From: an uncultured Alphaproteobacteria bacterium
GTDB taxonomy: Bacteria > Pseudomonadota > Alphaproteobacteria > Rhodobacterales > Rhodobacteraceae
Assembly: GCA_963714615.1 (NCBI GenBank)
Contig: CAVQOV010000010.1
Span: 440,106 to 504,105, forward strand
Length of the DNA stretch: 64,000 nucleotides
Direction of reading: 5' to 3'
Below are positions 40,675-51,270 of this stretch, piece by piece. The notes under the pieces are model-generated. The model saw only the letters and a program-made list of their open reading frames with translations. It did not search any database and was not told the origin of the DNA. Position numbers and translations under genes: made by a program. How positions within the stretch are numbered: the stretch's first letter is position 1; each line of letters begins with the position of its first letter.

Positions 40675-41638
40675 CTTTTGGCCGCGCTGCCCGAAAATAC
40701 ACCGAACACCGATGATGAAGCTGCTCGCGCGGGCTGACTATACTACAACGGCAGGCTGACGCAGGACCAGATCGCGGCAGAGCTGGGCGTGTCACGCCAG
40801 CGCGCGCAACGGCTGGTGGCCCGGGCGGTGTCGGACGGGCTGATCCGGGTGCGCATCGAGCATCCGATCAAGGACTGCATGGAACTGGAACAGGAGCTGC
40901 GCAGGGCCTTCGGGCTGACGCTTTGCCGGGTGGCACCAAGCCTGTCGGAGGGTATCGATCCGGTGCGCGCCATAGCGCCGGTGGCCGCGGCCGAGGTCGA
41001 GAATATCTTTGCCAACAAGAGCCCCAAGGTTGTCGCCCTTGGGACCGGGCGCACGCTGTGCACGGTGGTGAATGACTTGCGCCCGATGGATTGAGCGCAT
41101 CACAAGGTGGTGTCGCTGCTGGGCAATGTGGCGCCCGACGGGTCGGCCTCTTTCTTCGAGGTGATCATGCGGATCGCCGACAAGACCCGCGCGCCACACT
41201 ATCCGATGGCGATGCCGGTGATCGCCAAGGACGCGGCGGACCGGGCGCATTATCACGCCCTGCCGCATGTCAAAAACACCCGCGAGCTTGCGCAGTCGCG
41301 CCGATTTCACCATCGTCGGCATCGGGCAGATGAGCGATGACGCGCCGCTGCTGGTCGACGGCTTCGCCTCGGCTGACGAATTGCACGACATGACGGTGGC
41401 GGGTGCTGTGGGCGAGATGGTCGGATGGGCGTTCGATGGCCAGGGGCGCTATCTGCAAACCGGCATCAACACGGTCGTCAACGGGGTTCAGGTTCCGCAA
41501 AATGACAACCCGGTGATCTGCATCGCCGCCTGGGCCAGCAAGTACCTGCCGCTGTTGGGCGCGCTTCGGGGCAAGCTGATCACCGGCCTGATCACCGACG
41601 AAACCACGGCAAAGTTCCTTTTGGGACAACCGCTTTAG
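40671..41638 (+). pseudogene. SorC-family sugar-binding transcriptional regulator (SmoC-like); N-terminal region carries an in-frame TGA/indels, further frame changes near 41095 and 41270
   Basis: HTH ...DDEAARAG*LYYNGRLTQDQIAAELGVSRQRAQRLVARAVSDGLIRV...; sugar-binding domain continues through three frames. Confidence 0.7.
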
Positions 41639-41747
41639 CCGCATTTCACCCGATTTCCGAGAACCCAATGACTCGAATCAGGACATTGCCTGATCATTTG
41701 CCCACAACTTGAACATTTACTCATTTTGGTGCGTGGGGCGAACTATC

Positions 41748-41930
41748 ATGACTTTGCGTGTTCGCGCGCTGCTTGGGGCGTGCGTTATCGACCGCAGCTG
41801 TCGCTGAAACTATCACCATCACCATCGCAACCGTGAACAACGGTGACATGATTCGGATGCAGAAGCTGACGGACGATTTCACCTCGAAAAGCCCCGACAT
41901 GACGCCGGAAAGCATCAACTCTGCCGACTG
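41748..41930 (+). pseudogene. remnant: N-terminal ~60 codons (signal peptide + ETITITIATVNNGDMIRMQKLTDDFTSK) of a polyol/sugar ABC substrate-binding protein (SmoE-like)
   Basis: ATG 41748 MTLRVRALLGACVI... then, after a frame change, the conserved SBP N-terminal block; no continuation of the SBP downstream. Confidence 0.45.
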
Positions 41931-42108
41931 GGTTCGATGCCGCCCACCCCGACATCGTTCATGACGCCACGACGCCTACAAAACCACCCACGGTCTTTGG
42001 GGCGGTTGTCGCGGGGCTGGCGGGGCGACGCGACGCCAAGGCGCCGGTAACGGTGATGTCGCACGACAACCTGCCGGGCAACCGCGGCAAGCTGCGCGAA
42101 TCGGCAGG
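41925..42108 (+). pseudogene. remnant: internal ~60-aa segment of a mannitol 2-dehydrogenase-family polyol dehydrogenase
   Basis: ...GFDAAHPDIVHDATTPTKPPTVFGAVVAGLAGRRDAKAPVTVMSHDNLPGNRGKLRE... matches the ...HPDIVHDLA..P.S..GF.....RR..G..PFTV.SCDNLP.NG... region of long-chain mannitol dehydrogenases; flanks do not. Confidence 0.4.
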
Positions 42109-42329
42109 GCGGGCGAACGGCCGGCGCCGTGGTCTTTTTGCGAAAATCGGGCACAAGCCGTGCGTGCGCTGCGCGAAACGGTCGGTGCATCCCGCAAAAA
42201 GGTCAAAAAAGTATCAGCGCTCCGCCCGAAGCGTAGTAGTCTGTCCAAGTGCCGTCGCCTACTCTGTATCGATCCGGACCACCAGAATTCGGGGCCCGGT
42301 CGCCTGACCGGCGCAGGGAGGGAACTGCG

Positions 42330-43214
42330 ATGAAACCAGACTTGGAAGTCGTGCAGATTGGCCGGAGTGAGTTCTTCAAGGCATGGGAGCACGGCTACCC
42401 GTATCACACGGTGCGCTGGCATTTTCACCCGGAATACGAGATCCATCACGTCGTCGAGACGTCCGGCCGTTTCTTCGTCGGCGATTTCATCGGCGCGTTC
42501 GAGCGGGGCAATCTGGTTCTGACCGGGCCCAACCTGCCGCACAACTGGGTCAGCGATGTGCCTGAGGGCGAGCGGGTTCCCCTGCGCAGCCGCGTGGTGC
42601 AGTTTTCCGAAGGTTTCATCGCCGAGGCGATGGGGCTGTTCCCCGAGCTGGGCGCTTGTGTCGACCTCTTGGAGGTCAGCCGCAGTGGCGCGCTTTTCAC
42701 GCCGGACACCGCCGAAATCGTCGCGCCGATGCTGGCCGAACTGGTCACGGCGCAGGGCGTGCGCCGGATCGAGATATTCATGTCCATTCTGGGCACGCTG
42801 AGCCGCGCATCTGACGTTCGCGCGCTGACAAGTGCCAGCTATCTGCCCGACCCGTCCGGCTTTATGTCGACGGGCATCAATGAAGCGCTGGCCTATATCA
42901 ACGCCAATCTGACAGAGCCATTCAGCGAAACCGACCTTGCCAATATCGCCCAGCTGAGCCCCAGCGCCTTTTCACGCAGTTTTCGCCGCCATACCGGGCT
43001 GGCGCTGGTTCAGTACGTGAACCGTCTGCGTATCAATCTGGCCTGTCAGCTGCTGATGGGGCCGGTTCCCATGAAAATCACCGACGTGTGCTTTTCATCC
43101 GGGTTCAACAACATCTCCAATTTCAACCGCCAATTCCAGGCGCAGAAGGGCATGACGCCTTCGCGGTTCCGGGAATTGCTGGCGGAAAACAATGGCGCGG
43201 TGGAGGCCGCCTGA
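42330..43214 (+). CDS. AraC-family transcriptional regulator (N-terminal cupin-type sensor, C-terminal HTH_AraC)
   Basis: ...HTVRWHFHPEYEIHHV... cupin motif; C-terminal ...ALAYINANLTEPFSETDLANIAQLSPSAFSRSFRRHTGL... and ...ITDVCFSSGFNNISNFNRQFQAQKGMTPSRFR; RBS GGGAGGGAA. Confidence 0.8.
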   Translation: MKPDLEVVQIGRSEFFKAWEHGYPYHTVRWHFHPEYEIHHVVETSGRFFVGDFIGAFERGNLVLTGPNLPHNWVSDVPEGERVPLRSRVVQFSEGFIAEAMGLFPELGACVDLLEVSRSGALFTPDTAEIVAPMLAELVTAQGVRRIEIFMSILGTLSRASDVRALTSASYLPDPSGFMSTGINEALAYINANLTEPFSETDLANIAQLSPSAFSRSFRRHTGLALVQYVNRLRINLACQLLMGPVPMKITDVCFSSGFNNISNFNRQFQAQKGMTPSRFRELLAENNGAVEAA

Positions 43215-43463
43215 ACAGGGAGGACTGGGAGGATCTGAACTTTGGCGGCACGGCGATGCGGGCAGATGGCAAATCTGCGGCGAATGCCTGCTGGTCTTAA
43301 TACCCAAGGCAGCGACGGCAGAAAACGGCAACGGTGAGGGCGACAGCGCTTTACTGAACGGTTTCGCTTTGCCTGTCGAGTTGTCTGGCACCTGCCAATG
43401 CGCGGCGACCCGCGTGCCTTGGCGCTTACAAAATATCCGTGGTCTGCAAATGGAGGACGACCA

Positions 43464-44521
43464 ATGAAACTTTGTGTATCGAAACTGACAGGCACCGCAG
43501 CACTTGTGGCAACCCTGATGGGCGGCACGGCCGTGTTCGCTCAGCAATCGGGGACCGTTGCGTTCCTGATGCCCGATCAGGCCTCGACCCGTTATGAAGA
43601 GCATGACTTTCCCGGCTTTCAGGCCGAAATGACCAAGCTCTGCCCCGATTGCACCGTGATCTATCAGAACGCCAATGCCGATGTGGCGCTGCAGCAGCAG
43701 CAGTTCAACTCTGTCATCACGCAAGGCGCCAAGGTCATCGTGCTTGATCCGGTCGATTCCAGCCGCCGCCGCGTCGCTGGTCAGTCTGGCGCAAAGCCAG
43801 GATGTCAAGGTGATCGCCTATGACCGGCCGATCCCTGACAAAACCGGCCGATTACTACGTGTCGTTCGACAACGAAGGCATCGGCAAGGCGATCGCGGAG
43901 TCGCTGGTGAACCATCTCAAGGCGATGGGCGTTCCGACCGACAAGGGCGGCGTGTTGCAGATCAACGGCTCGCCCACCGATGCGGCCGCCGGTCTGATCA
44001 AGGACGGCATCCATGCCGGTATCGCGGCAGGCGGCTACGCCACGCTGGCCGAGTTCGACACGCCGGACTGGGCGCCGCCCAAGGCACAGGAATGGGCCAG
44101 CGGCCAGATCACCCGCTTCGGCGCCGATATCGTCGGCGTCGTTGCGGCCAATGACGGCACCGGCGGCGGCGCGATTGCGGCGTTCAAGGCGGCTGGCGTC
44201 GATCCGGTTCCGCCGGTCACCGGCAATGACGCGACCATCGCGGCGTTGCAGCTGATCATCGCGGGCGACCAGTACAACACCATCTCGAAGCCGTCCGAGA
44301 TCGTGGCGGCGGCGGCGGCAAACGTCGCCTACAAGATGCTTCAGGGAGAGACCCCGGCTGCGGAAATGACGCTGTATGACACCCCGTCGCAACTGTTCGT
44401 GCCGGCGGTCGTGACCAAAGAGAACCTCAAGGCCGAGATCATCGACAAGGGCATCAACACGGCCGCAGAGCTGTGCACGGGCCGCTATGCGGAAGGCTGT
44501 GCGGCGCTCGGCATCCAGTAA
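43464..44521 (+). pseudogene. sugar ABC transporter periplasmic binding protein (ribose/xylose-binding, CUT2 type); two frame changes (~43790, ~43850)
   Basis: Signal MKLCVSKLTGTAALVATLMGGTAVFA then a periplasmic_binding_protein type-I fold spread over ORFs 43398-43823, 43675-44154 and 43820-44521. Confidence 0.75.
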
Positions 44522-44644
44522 CGGCGTGGTATGATATTTTGGCTGGCCGTCTTTCTGCGGCCAGCCGATACCGCTGTTGCGCCATGCGCAAGCGTCGAAA
44601 GGCCCAGGCATCGAAAGGCCCAAGCATCGAAAGGACAGTCTGTC

Positions 44645-45463
44645 ATGACGGAGACTTCTGAAACAAAGGCCCCCAAGGGCGAGTTGCTGCTGAGCCTAAA
44701 GGGCATCTCGAAGAATTTCGGGGCGGTTTCGGCGCTGACCGATATCGAACTCGAGGTTCATGCGGGCGAAGTGGTGGCACTGGTCGGTGACAACGGTGCG
44801 GGCAAATCGACGCTGGTCAAGATACTGGCCGGGGTGCATCAGCCGACCTCTGGCACGATCTATTTCCACGGCGAACCGGTAACGATGTCGACCCCAAGTG
44901 CCGCGCTGGAGCTCGGCATCGCGACGGTGTTTCAGGATCTTGCACTGTGCGAGAACCTTGACGTTGTGGCGAACATCTTTCTCGGTCAGGAACTGAGCCC
45001 CTACCGGCTGGACGAGGTTGCGATGGAGGTGCGCGCCTGGACCCTGCTCAACGAGTTGGCCGCGCGCATTCCCAGCGTCCGCGACGTTGTTGCGTCGCTG
45101 TCGGGCGGGCAGCGCCAGACCGTCGCGATTGCCCGCTCGCTGCTGCTGGATCCCACGATCATCATGCTGGACGAACCGACCGCAGCACTGGGCGTGGCGC
45201 AGACCGCCGAGGTGCTGAACCTTATGGAACGGGTGCGCGACAAGGGGCTCGGCGTGATCATGATCAGCCACAACATGGAGGATGTCCGCGCCGTGGCGGA
45301 CCGCATCGTGGTGCTGCGGCTGGGGCGCAACAACGGCGTGTTCACGCCGGACGCGTCGAACGAGGAACTGGTCGGCGCCATTACCGGAGCCACCGACAAC
45401 GCGGTGTCGCGCCGCGCCGGACGGCTTCAGGCCGAACGAGAGACTTCACCGGAGGCGCAATAA
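44645..45463 (+). CDS. sugar ABC transporter ATP-binding protein (single NBD)
   Basis: Walker A GDNGAGKST, signature LSGGQRQ, Walker B IIMLDEPT. Confidence 0.8.
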   Translation: MTETSETKAPKGELLLSLKGISKNFGAVSALTDIELEVHAGEVVALVGDNGAGKSTLVKILAGVHQPTSGTIYFHGEPVTMSTPSAALELGIATVFQDLALCENLDVVANIFLGQELSPYRLDEVAMEVRAWTLLNELAARIPSVRDVVASLSGGQRQTVAIARSLLLDPTIIMLDEPTAALGVAQTAEVLNLMERVRDKGLGVIMISHNMEDVRAVADRIVVLRLGRNNGVFTPDASNEELVGAITGATDNAVSRRAGRLQAERETSPEAQ

Positions 45464-46724
45464 TGACCGAAAACCAAAACAGGGCCGCAGGCACACCGAC
45501 CCAGCTTGACCGCAGCGATGTTCGTGTGACCCACGCGACCGGGATCGGCGGTGCGATCCGGATTTTCATCGACCGCGTCAAATCCGGCGACCTCGGCTCT
45601 GTTGCCGGTCATCGTTGGTCTGGCGATCATCTGGACGGTGTTCACCGCGATCAACCCGATCTTCTTGTCCAGCAACAACCTGGTCAATCTGTTGTTCGAC
45701 TGTTCGCACGGTGGGCGTCATCGCGCTGGGCATCGTGTGCGTGCTGATGCTGGGCGAGATCGACCTGAGCGTCGGATCCATGAGCGGCGTCGGCTCGGCG
45801 TTGATCGGGGTGCTGTGGGTCAATCAGGGGGTGCCGCTGATCGTGGCCATCGCGGGCGCATTGGCGCTTGGGGCCGTGATCGGGGCGATCTACGCCACGC
45901 TGCGCACCCGGCTGGGCATGCCCAGCTTCGTCTCTACTCTGGCGGGGCTGCTGGCGTTGCTGGGGCTGCAACTTTACATGCTGGGATCGACGGGATCGAT
46001 CAACCTGCCCTACGGGTCGGGCTTTGTGAACTTCGGCCAGTTGCTGATCATGCCCGCGTGGCTGTCCTATACGCTGGCGTTTATCCCCGGCATCGTCGTC
46101 TTGTTCATCGGGATGCGCACGATGGAACAGCGCCGCCGCGCCAATCTGTCGGCCGGATCGCTTGGCGGGCTTATCGCGAAATCGCTTGTCACTGCGGCCG
46201 GGCTGATCGCGATCGTCTTTTACCTCAATCAAGGGCGCGGCGTGCCGTGGATGTTCGGCCTCTTCGTCGGGCTGGTCGTGATCATGAACTACGCGTTCAC
46301 GCGCACGAAATGGGGCCGGTCGATGATCGCTGTCGGTGGCAATGCCGAGGCCGCGCGCCGCGCCGGTATCAACGTCAAACGCATCTACATCAGCGCCTTC
46401 ATGCTGTGTTCGATGTTTGCGGCCCTTGGCGGCGTCCTGTCGTCGGCGCGGCTGGCCTCGGCCAGCCAGCAGGCGGGCACCGGCGACGTGAACCTCAACG
46501 CCATCGCGGCGGCGGTGATCGGCGGCACCAGCCTGTTCGGCGGTCGCGGCAGCGCGTGGTCCGCGCTGCTGGGGATCATCGTGATCCAGTCCATCGCCAA
46601 CGGCCTGACGCTGCTGAACCTGTCGTCGTCGCTGCGCTACATGATCACCGGCGGCGTTCTGGCCATCGCGGTCATCGTCGACTCGCTTGCCCGGCAAAGC
46701 CGCGTCTCGCATGGCCGTGCCTGA
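45463..46724 (+). pseudogene. sugar ABC transporter permease (BPD_transp_2 type); frame changes near 45600 and 45715
   Basis: ATGA overlap with the ATPase stop; N-terminal MTENQNRAAG... continues as ...LPVIVGLAIIWTVFTAINPIFLSSNNLVNLLFDCS... then ...TVGVIALGIVCVLMLGEIDLSVGS... in three frames. Confidence 0.75.
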
Positions 46725-46746
46725 GACAGTTCAGAGGGAACCTGAC

Positions 46747-47478
46747 ATGACGAACGAGTTGAACGGAAAAGTCGCGGCGATTACCGGCGCGGCCTCGGGC
46801 ATCGGGCTGGAATGCGCCAGGGCAATGCTGGACGCGGGTGCTACGGTCGTGCTGATCGACCGTGCCGGGGACAAGCTGACGCAGCTCTGTGCCGAACTGG
46901 GACCGACGCGCGATCCCGCTGGTGATCGACCTGCTCGACGCCCCGCAAGCGTCGCGGCGATGATGCCGCAGATCCTGCAGAAGGCCGGCGGGCTCGACAT
47001 CTTTCACGCCAATGCCGGCGCCTATGTCGGCGGCGACGTGGTCGACGGCGACCCGGACGCCTGGGACCGGGTGCTGAACCTCAACATCAATGCCGCCTTC
47101 CGCTCGGTCCACGCGGTTCTGCCGCATATGGTCGAACGCAGACCGGCGACATCATCTTCACCAGCTCGGTCGCCGGGATGGTCCCGGTGGTCTGGGAGCC
47201 GATCTACACGGCGTCGAAATTCGCCGTGCAGGCCTTCGTCCACACGTCCGGCGGCAGGTCGCCAAACACGGCATCCGCGTCGGCGCCGTTGCTGCCCGGC
47301 CCGGTGGTCACCGCGCTGCTCGACGACTGGCCGAAGGCCAAGATGGAGGAGGCGCTGGCCAACGGCAGCCTGATGCAACCCAAGGAGGTCGCCGATGCGG
47401 TGCTGTTCATGCTGACCCGGCCCCGGGGCGTGACGATCCGCGACCTCGTCATTCTGCCGCAAAGCGTCGACCTTGTGA
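46747..47478 (+). pseudogene. SDR-family oxidoreductase (polyol/ribitol 2-dehydrogenase-like); at least 3 frame changes, stop TGA 47476-47478 back in the original frame
   Basis: MTNELNGKVAAITGAASGIGLECARAML (TGxxxGxG), ...IFHANAGAY..., catalytic ...[11 protein letters not shown]... (YxxxK) in a second frame, C-terminus ...[12 protein letters not shown]. Confidence 0.7.
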
Positions 47479-47481
47479 GGC

Positions 47482-49122
47482 ATGGCGCAGTCGCTGCATC
47501 ATCGGCATCGATGTCGGCACCGGCAGCGCGCGGGCGGGCGTCTTCGACGAAACCGGGCACATGCTGGCGTCGGCGAAAGCCGACATCACGCTTTACCGCG
47601 AAGCCAATGGCATCGTCGAACAATCCAGCGACCGAGATCTGGCAGGCGGTCGTGCAAATCGGTGCGGGCGGCGGTTCGGAAATCCGGCATCGACGCGGGC
47701 AGATCGCCGGTATCGGATTCGACGCGACCTGTTCGCTGGTCGTGCTGGGCGATGGCGGAACGCCGCTGCCGGTCGGCCCATCGAACGATCCCGAGCGCAA
47801 CATCATCGTCTGGATGGACCACCGCGCGGTCGATCAGGCCGAACGGATCAACGCCACCGGCCACGAGGTGCTGGACTATGTCGGCGGCGTGATCTCGCCC
47901 GAGATGGAGACGCCGAAGCTGCTGTGGCTGCAGCGAGAACCGGCCCGAGGTGTTCGACGCAGGCTGGCAATTTCTTCGATCTCACCGATTTCCTGACCTG
48001 GCGCGCGACCGGCAGTCTGGCGCGGTCGATCTGCACGGTCACCTGCAAATGGACCTATCTGGGGCACGAGCAGCGTTGGGATGAAAGCTATTTCCGCGCG
48101 ATCGGGCTCGGCGATCTGGCCGACGAAGGCTTTGCGCGGATCGGCACCGAGGTCGTCGAGCCCGGCACGCCGCTGGGTCAGGGGCTAAGCGCCGAGGCCG
48201 CGGCCGAACTTGGGCTCAGGCCCGGCACCCCGGTGGCCGCCGGGCTGATCGACGCCCATGCCGGCGGCATCGGCACGGTCGGTGCGATGGGCGCCGCAGC
48301 AGATCCGAGCGAATGCATGGCCTATGTGTTCGGCACGTCGTCCTGCACGATGACCACGACGCGCGACCCGGTTTTCGTGCCCGGCGTCTGGGGGCCATAT
48401 TACTCGGCCATGGTGCCCGGAGCATGGCTGAACGAGGGCGGCCAATCGGCCGCCGGGGCCGCAATCGATCATCTGCTCGAGCATCCATCCGGCGGCCGTC
48501 GAGCGCGAAACATGCAGGCGTCGCGCGAGGGCAAGTCCCTGCCGGACTGGCTGGCGGATATCGCGGCAGCGGAAATCGGCGACGCCCTCGGATGTCGTGC
48601 ATCTGGCCGAGCGGGCTGCACGTGGTGCCGGAGTTCCTCGGCAACCGCGCGCCCTTTGCCGATCCGACATGCACGCGCCGTCATCGCCGGGCTCGGCATG
48701 GAGGACGACGACGACAGCCTTGTCGCTCTCTACGTCGCGGGGCTTTGCGGCCTCGGCTATGGCCTGCGCCAGATCATCGAGGCGCAGGCCCAGAGCGGCG
48801 CCTGATCAAACGGATCGTGATCAGCGGCGGGGCCGGGCAGCAGGATCTGGTGCGCCAGATTCTGGCCGATGCGACCGGCGTGCCGGTGGTTGCCACCGCC
48901 TCCGAGGAACCCGTGCTGCTGGGCTCCGCGATCCTTGGCGCGGTCGCGGCCGGCGTCTTTGCCGACATGACCGGCGCGATGGCCGCGATGTCGTCGCCCA
49001 AAACCACGTTCGATCCCGCGGATGCGCGCATCAAGGCGATCCACGACGCACGCTACGATGCATTCAAGCGGCTTCAGAGCGTTGCGCGAGACATTCGCGG
49101 ACCGAACGAAACCCACGGGTAA
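47482..49122 (+). pseudogene. FGGY-family pentulose kinase (ribulokinase/xylulokinase-like); at least 5 frame changes
   Basis: ...[26 protein letters not shown]..., ...[19 protein letters not shown]..., ...GTSSCTMTTTRDPVFVPGVWGPYYSAMVPGAWLNEGGQSAAG..., C-terminal ...RIVISGGAGQQDLVRQILADATGVPVV... distributed over ORFs 47482-, 47090-48805 and 48313-49122. Confidence 0.75.
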
Positions 49123-49172
49123 GACGACCCGACGCCTTCGATACTGCCGGGCGGCAAGGCGCGGAGTATCCG

Positions 49173-50554
49173 TCAGGTCGCGGAACTCGTTCGATCCCCG
49201 GCCCGCGCCTGACCCCTTGCAAATTCCGGCATCCAATCGCCATGCGCGGCCAACAGATCATCGGTCAGCGCCCAGATCTGATCCAGATCCAGCTCCGCCG
49301 CGGTATGCGGGTCCAGCATCGCGGCGTGGTAAATGTGGTCGCGGTTTTCCTCAATCAGCGCCGCAACTGTCAGCTCTTGCACATTCACGTTGGTCCGCAT
49401 CAGAGCGATCAGTTGCGGCGGGATGTCGCGCACGACTGTGGGTTGCAGCCCGTTGTCATCGACCAACACCGGCACCTCGACGGCCGCGTTTTCGGGAAGC
49501 TGCGGAATATAGCCGCGGTTCGCAATGTTGCCGTAGATCACCGACGGTGCGCCGGTCACGACCGAGTTGATGATGTCGGACGCGTATTCAAGGCTTGGCT
49601 TGACCTCGATCGCGTCGACCTCGCGGTAGGCCTGCGCTTGCTGTTCCCACGCTGCGATCTGCTCGAAACAGCGCTTGGGATATTCGTCCAGCGGGATGCC
49701 GAAACGCTCGATCAGGTCGGGGCGGTCGCGCTTGATGAAATAGGGCGTGTATTCGGCGAAATGTTCGCTCGAACTCGGTCACGAAATAGCCCAGCCGCAT
49801 CAGCATCTCATAGCGCACCTTGTTGGGGCAGCGCGGATTCCACGACGACGGCTTGGGCAGACGGCCGTCCAGGTAGCCCTGCCTGAGGGCCGGATAGAGA
49901 TCGCGGTAGCTGCCGTCAGCCTGCCGGTGCTCGAAATTCAGATAGAACGCCATGTGGTTGATGCCGGCCGAGCGATAGCGGATTTCGCCAATCGGGATAT
50001 CCAGATCGCGGGCCAGTTCCTCGGCCGTGCCCTGCACCGAATGACACAAACCCACTTGCCGGATATTCGGGAACTTCGCGCCGATGGCCCATGTGTTGAT
50101 CGCCATCGGGTTGACGTATTGCAGCATGATGGCCTGCGGGCAAACCTCGGTCATGTCCTCGCACAGCTTCCACAGATGCGGAACGGTGCGCAGGCCCCGC
50201 ATGATGCCGCCGATCCCAAGCGTATCGGCGATGGTCTGGCGCAAGCCGAACTTCTTGGGCACGTCGAAATCCGTCACGGTGCAGGGTTCAAAGCCGCCGA
50301 TCTGAAAACAGACGACAACGAAATCGGCCCCATCCAGCGCCGCGCCGCTGATCGGAATACGTTTTCACGCGCGCCGGAGCGCCTAGCGTGCGGATCAGTT
50401 TGGCAACGACGACCTCGCTTTCCTCGAGCCGTTTGGGGTTGATATCCATCAGCCGGATCGTGGCCCCCGCCAGCGCCTTGCGTTGCAGGATGTCGCCCGC
50501 GATGTTCTTGGTGAAGATGGTGCTGCCGGCACCGATGAAGGTAATGATTGTCAT
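49173..50554 (-). pseudogene. family 4 glycoside hydrolase (NAD+/Mn2+-dependent alpha-glucosidase/alpha-galactosidase type) in three frames (50288-50554, 49588-50277, 49173-49559)
   Basis: N-terminal Rossmann MTIITFIGAGSTIFTKNIAGDIL..., middle ...CPQAIMLQYVNPMAINTWA...GLCHSVQGTAEELARDL..., C-terminal ...VVRDIPPQLIALMRTNVNVQELTVAALIEENRDHIYHAAMLDPHTAAEL... Confidence 0.7.
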
Positions 50555-50822
50555 TTTGCATTCCCGAATGCTGCGCGGAACAGCGCGACATTGCACATCA
50601 GTCTCGATCTACAGCAAGACCAGAATCCAACATTCCAGTATCGGTTTTTCGCGCATCAGACGCCCGCGTCTAGCCCGGCCAAGACCCGCGTCAAGGTTGA
50701 ATTTTTGTTGACCCGGCCCGCTTTAAGAGTGTCACTTTGTCGCAGGATGCCGCGCCCGATCCAACGAAAAGGCCGGATTCCGTCAGAAACGACCAACGAA
50801 AAAAGCAACAGTGAGGGACAAA

Positions 50823-51260
50823 ATGCCAGCAAAACTTGTGCTTGGACTGGATGGAAGCGGATCAGGCAGTCGTGTCATCGATTACGCCAAGAAGCTTGCC
50901 AAACTGATCGGGGATTGCGAACTGATCGTGGTCTACGTGATCGAATGGTCGCCTTATTCGTTCCAGACCCCCGAAGAAAACGCACAACGACACAAACGCC
51001 GCGAGGAGGAGATTCACGCAGCTCAGGACCGCGTGGTCAACCCCGCCGTCGATCAACTCAAGAAAGATGGCTTCAAGGCGCGCGGCATCGTCAAGCACGG
51101 CGATGTTGCCGATCTTCTTGACCAGATCGCGGTGGACGAGAGCGCCGACCAGATCATCGTGGCGCGCACCTCTGACGGTGGCTTCGTGCAGCGTATCTTC
51201 GGATCTTCGACGGGCAATCTGGTGATGCATGCCCGCGTCCCCGTAACGGTCATCGGCTAG
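50823..51260 (+). CDS. universal stress protein (UspA family)
   Basis: ...KLVLGLDGS... N-terminus and C-terminal ...[18 protein letters not shown]... ATP-binding motif; RBS GAGGGA. Confidence 0.75.
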   Translation: MPAKLVLGLDGSGSGSRVIDYAKKLAKLIGDCELIVVYVIEWSPYSFQTPEENAQRHKRREEEIHAAQDRVVNPAVDQLKKDGFKARGIVKHGDVADLLDQIAVDESADQIIVARTSDGGFVQRIFGSSTGNLVMHARVPVTVIG

Positions 51261-51270
51261 GAAATCAGAT

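Noticed and set aside
45684-46712. 342-aa minus-strand ORF
   Set aside because: Antisense to the ABC permease; composition R/D/Q/H-rich.
50600-50810. Possible sigma-70 promoter TTGACC...TAAGAGT upstream of the USP gene
   Set aside because: Spacer between the hexamers is ~11 nt rather than 16-18, so I could not support a canonical promoter.
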